Assembly (NCBI RefSeq): GCF_964213995.1
Contig: NC_135805.1
Location: forward strand, 140,244,001 to 140,308,000
Direction of reading: 5' to 3'
Length of the DNA: 64,000 nt
Source: Mustelus asterias
Taxonomy: Eukaryota
Position numbers and translations under genes: made by a program. The notes under the pieces were generated by a model. The model was not told where the DNA came from. It worked only from the letters and a program-made list of their open reading frames with translations, and did no database searches. Positions 62,346-64,000 of the stretch are shown here, piece after piece. Position 1 is the first letter of the stretch; every line of letters starts with the position of its first letter.

Positions 62346-63736
62346 CCATTTAATACATAGCAAAACCTAAATGAACTTCAGTTGAAACTTATTACAGACA
62401 CTTCAAATCCACTTTGTTACATATGAAAGTATTTTATAATGGAATTAACAGTGTCATGACAAAGCTGTAAAAATACATTTCTTTCATTGTGCATTACAGA
62501 TATTTTAAATATTTTTAAAAACTAACCCACTGAAATACATCTCCTGCTTCTACTCGGTGTTAGAGCATAAAATGTGAAAATAAATAGGCATAAAATCTCA
62601 CCTATCATTGGGGCAAGTAAGCAAAGTTAGCGCCATCCTGTCACTTTTCTTCGAGGGACTTCAGTGCAGCGCTTCATTCCTGACAGCCACAGAAAACCCA
62701 ACCAGAGGTTTAAACTTGATGCACTTTCAGCATGATGGTCCATGGATCGGAACTTCCATATCGTCTTGACACGCTTGTGCAGCATACAATTTCCATACTC
62801 ATTATACAATGGCCCATTGTATAATTCAGGTTCTGTTGACTGTACAAAATGTTAATAATTTTTACTATGGTTGATGATCAAACTGTAATAATGGTAATAA
62901 TTTTGTTATAGATGTGATAAGACATCTGTTGGTAGTACATCAAGTTTTGTATCACGTCTTTTGTTTTCTCCAAGTGGGATGGGAGAAATTATTCACAGGA
63001 CTGGCTGTGAAAATGTTTTTCAAGGGAGTCATAGCAACAGGATTAATTCCTAAATTGCTCCCAATATGTCACCATTAAGAAAATATTGATTCCACTGGAT
63101 CCAGAGTTGCAGAATAAACACACTTTGGTGCACTGAGCTCCATTTGTAATTGTTTTGCCAACTTATTTAGTCTCACATACCCTTGTAACTTCCTATTCCC
63201 AGCTACTGTCCATGTCGCCCAACTTTGTTTTATCTGGAAACTTGGATATGGAATTCTAAATTCCTTCATACAAGTCATTAATGTATGTAGCAAAAAGTCA
63301 CGGCCCAGTAATGATCCCAGTAAAACACCACTGCGATCCCACCTGAGATCATGTTATATCTAGTCCATATTCCATTTCTCTGCAGAACACCGTATCAAGC
63401 CAAAGACATCATATGTAAACTTCAGATTTAATCCCAATTCAGTCTTTCTTTTCACGTCAATTCTTCCTACATAAAAGGTTCAACAGCAGATTCCTGCTTG
63501 TGTGGCTCATTATTTCGGCAATGTATACTAACTTCTCTAATCATACTAAAAACAGTTTCTAAGAAATTATTTAACTTTTGAAATCTACACATTATTGGAG
63601 TAGAAATTACACCAGATCCATTCTTGCAATTGTTCAATTTTATTCAATTTTTCATTTTAGGATAATATTCACACTATTATTCAAGAGTAAACAAATCTTA
63701 TCCAACAAAACATGGTGTTTTAGAAATTTGACTTTA

Positions 63737-64000
63737 CACTTTGGAGGAAATAATAACAAATGGGATTACTATCTCAATGGAAACAAATTAAAACATGCTA
63801 CCGTGCAAAGGGACCTGGGGGTCCTTGTGCATGAGACGCAAAAGCCCAGTCTGCAGGTACAACAGGTGATCAAGAAGGCAAATGGGATGTTGGCCTATAT
63901 TGCGAAGGGGATAGAATATAAAAGCAGGGATGTCTTGATGCACCTGTACAGGGCATTGGTGAGGCCGCAGCTGGAATACTGTGTGCAGTATTGGTCCCCT
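63737..64000 (+). mobile_element. CR1 LINE fragment running off the window end
   Basis: Homologous to 56874-57137 (HFG..RDLGVLV..LEYCVQYWSP). Confidence 0.9.

Noticed and set aside
1-64000. CRISPR arrays, operons or other prokaryotic systems
   Set aside because: The sequence is a spliced vertebrate locus, and no regularly spaced repeat-spacer structure was seen.

Overview
Eukaryotic, repeat-dense genomic DNA, most likely from a cartilaginous fish. This is inferred from HE1-type tRNA SINEs, shark-type CR1 LINEs, DeuSINE relics and Penelope-like elements. The only host gene I can support is the 5' half of ERO1B (ER oxidoreductin 1 beta) on the minus strand. Coding exons 2-7 lie at 13988..545, all with GT/AG borders and compatible phases, and the gene continues beyond the left edge. 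Two separate CpG-island first coding exons can each splice in frame to exon 2. The proximal one (26916-26999) resembles the mammalian ERO1B leader. The distal one (50686-50841) ends in CFCD and restores the N-terminal CxC pair typical of ERO1A. The rest is mostly nested transposable elements: CR1, an older CR1/L2-type LINE, Rex1-like and RTE-like LINEs, a Gypsy element with both LTRs, PBS, PPT and TSD, hAT and Harbinger-like MITEs, three SINE types, and Penelope-like elements (PLEs). The PLEs carry minimal hammerhead ribozymes and share an inverted-arm plus 40-nt-tail architecture. One insertion looks like a chimera of the ribozyme 3' cleavage product and a captured CR1 segment. Almost all ORFs in the supplied track are repeat-derived or spurious. 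Family names come from recognition, not from database searches.
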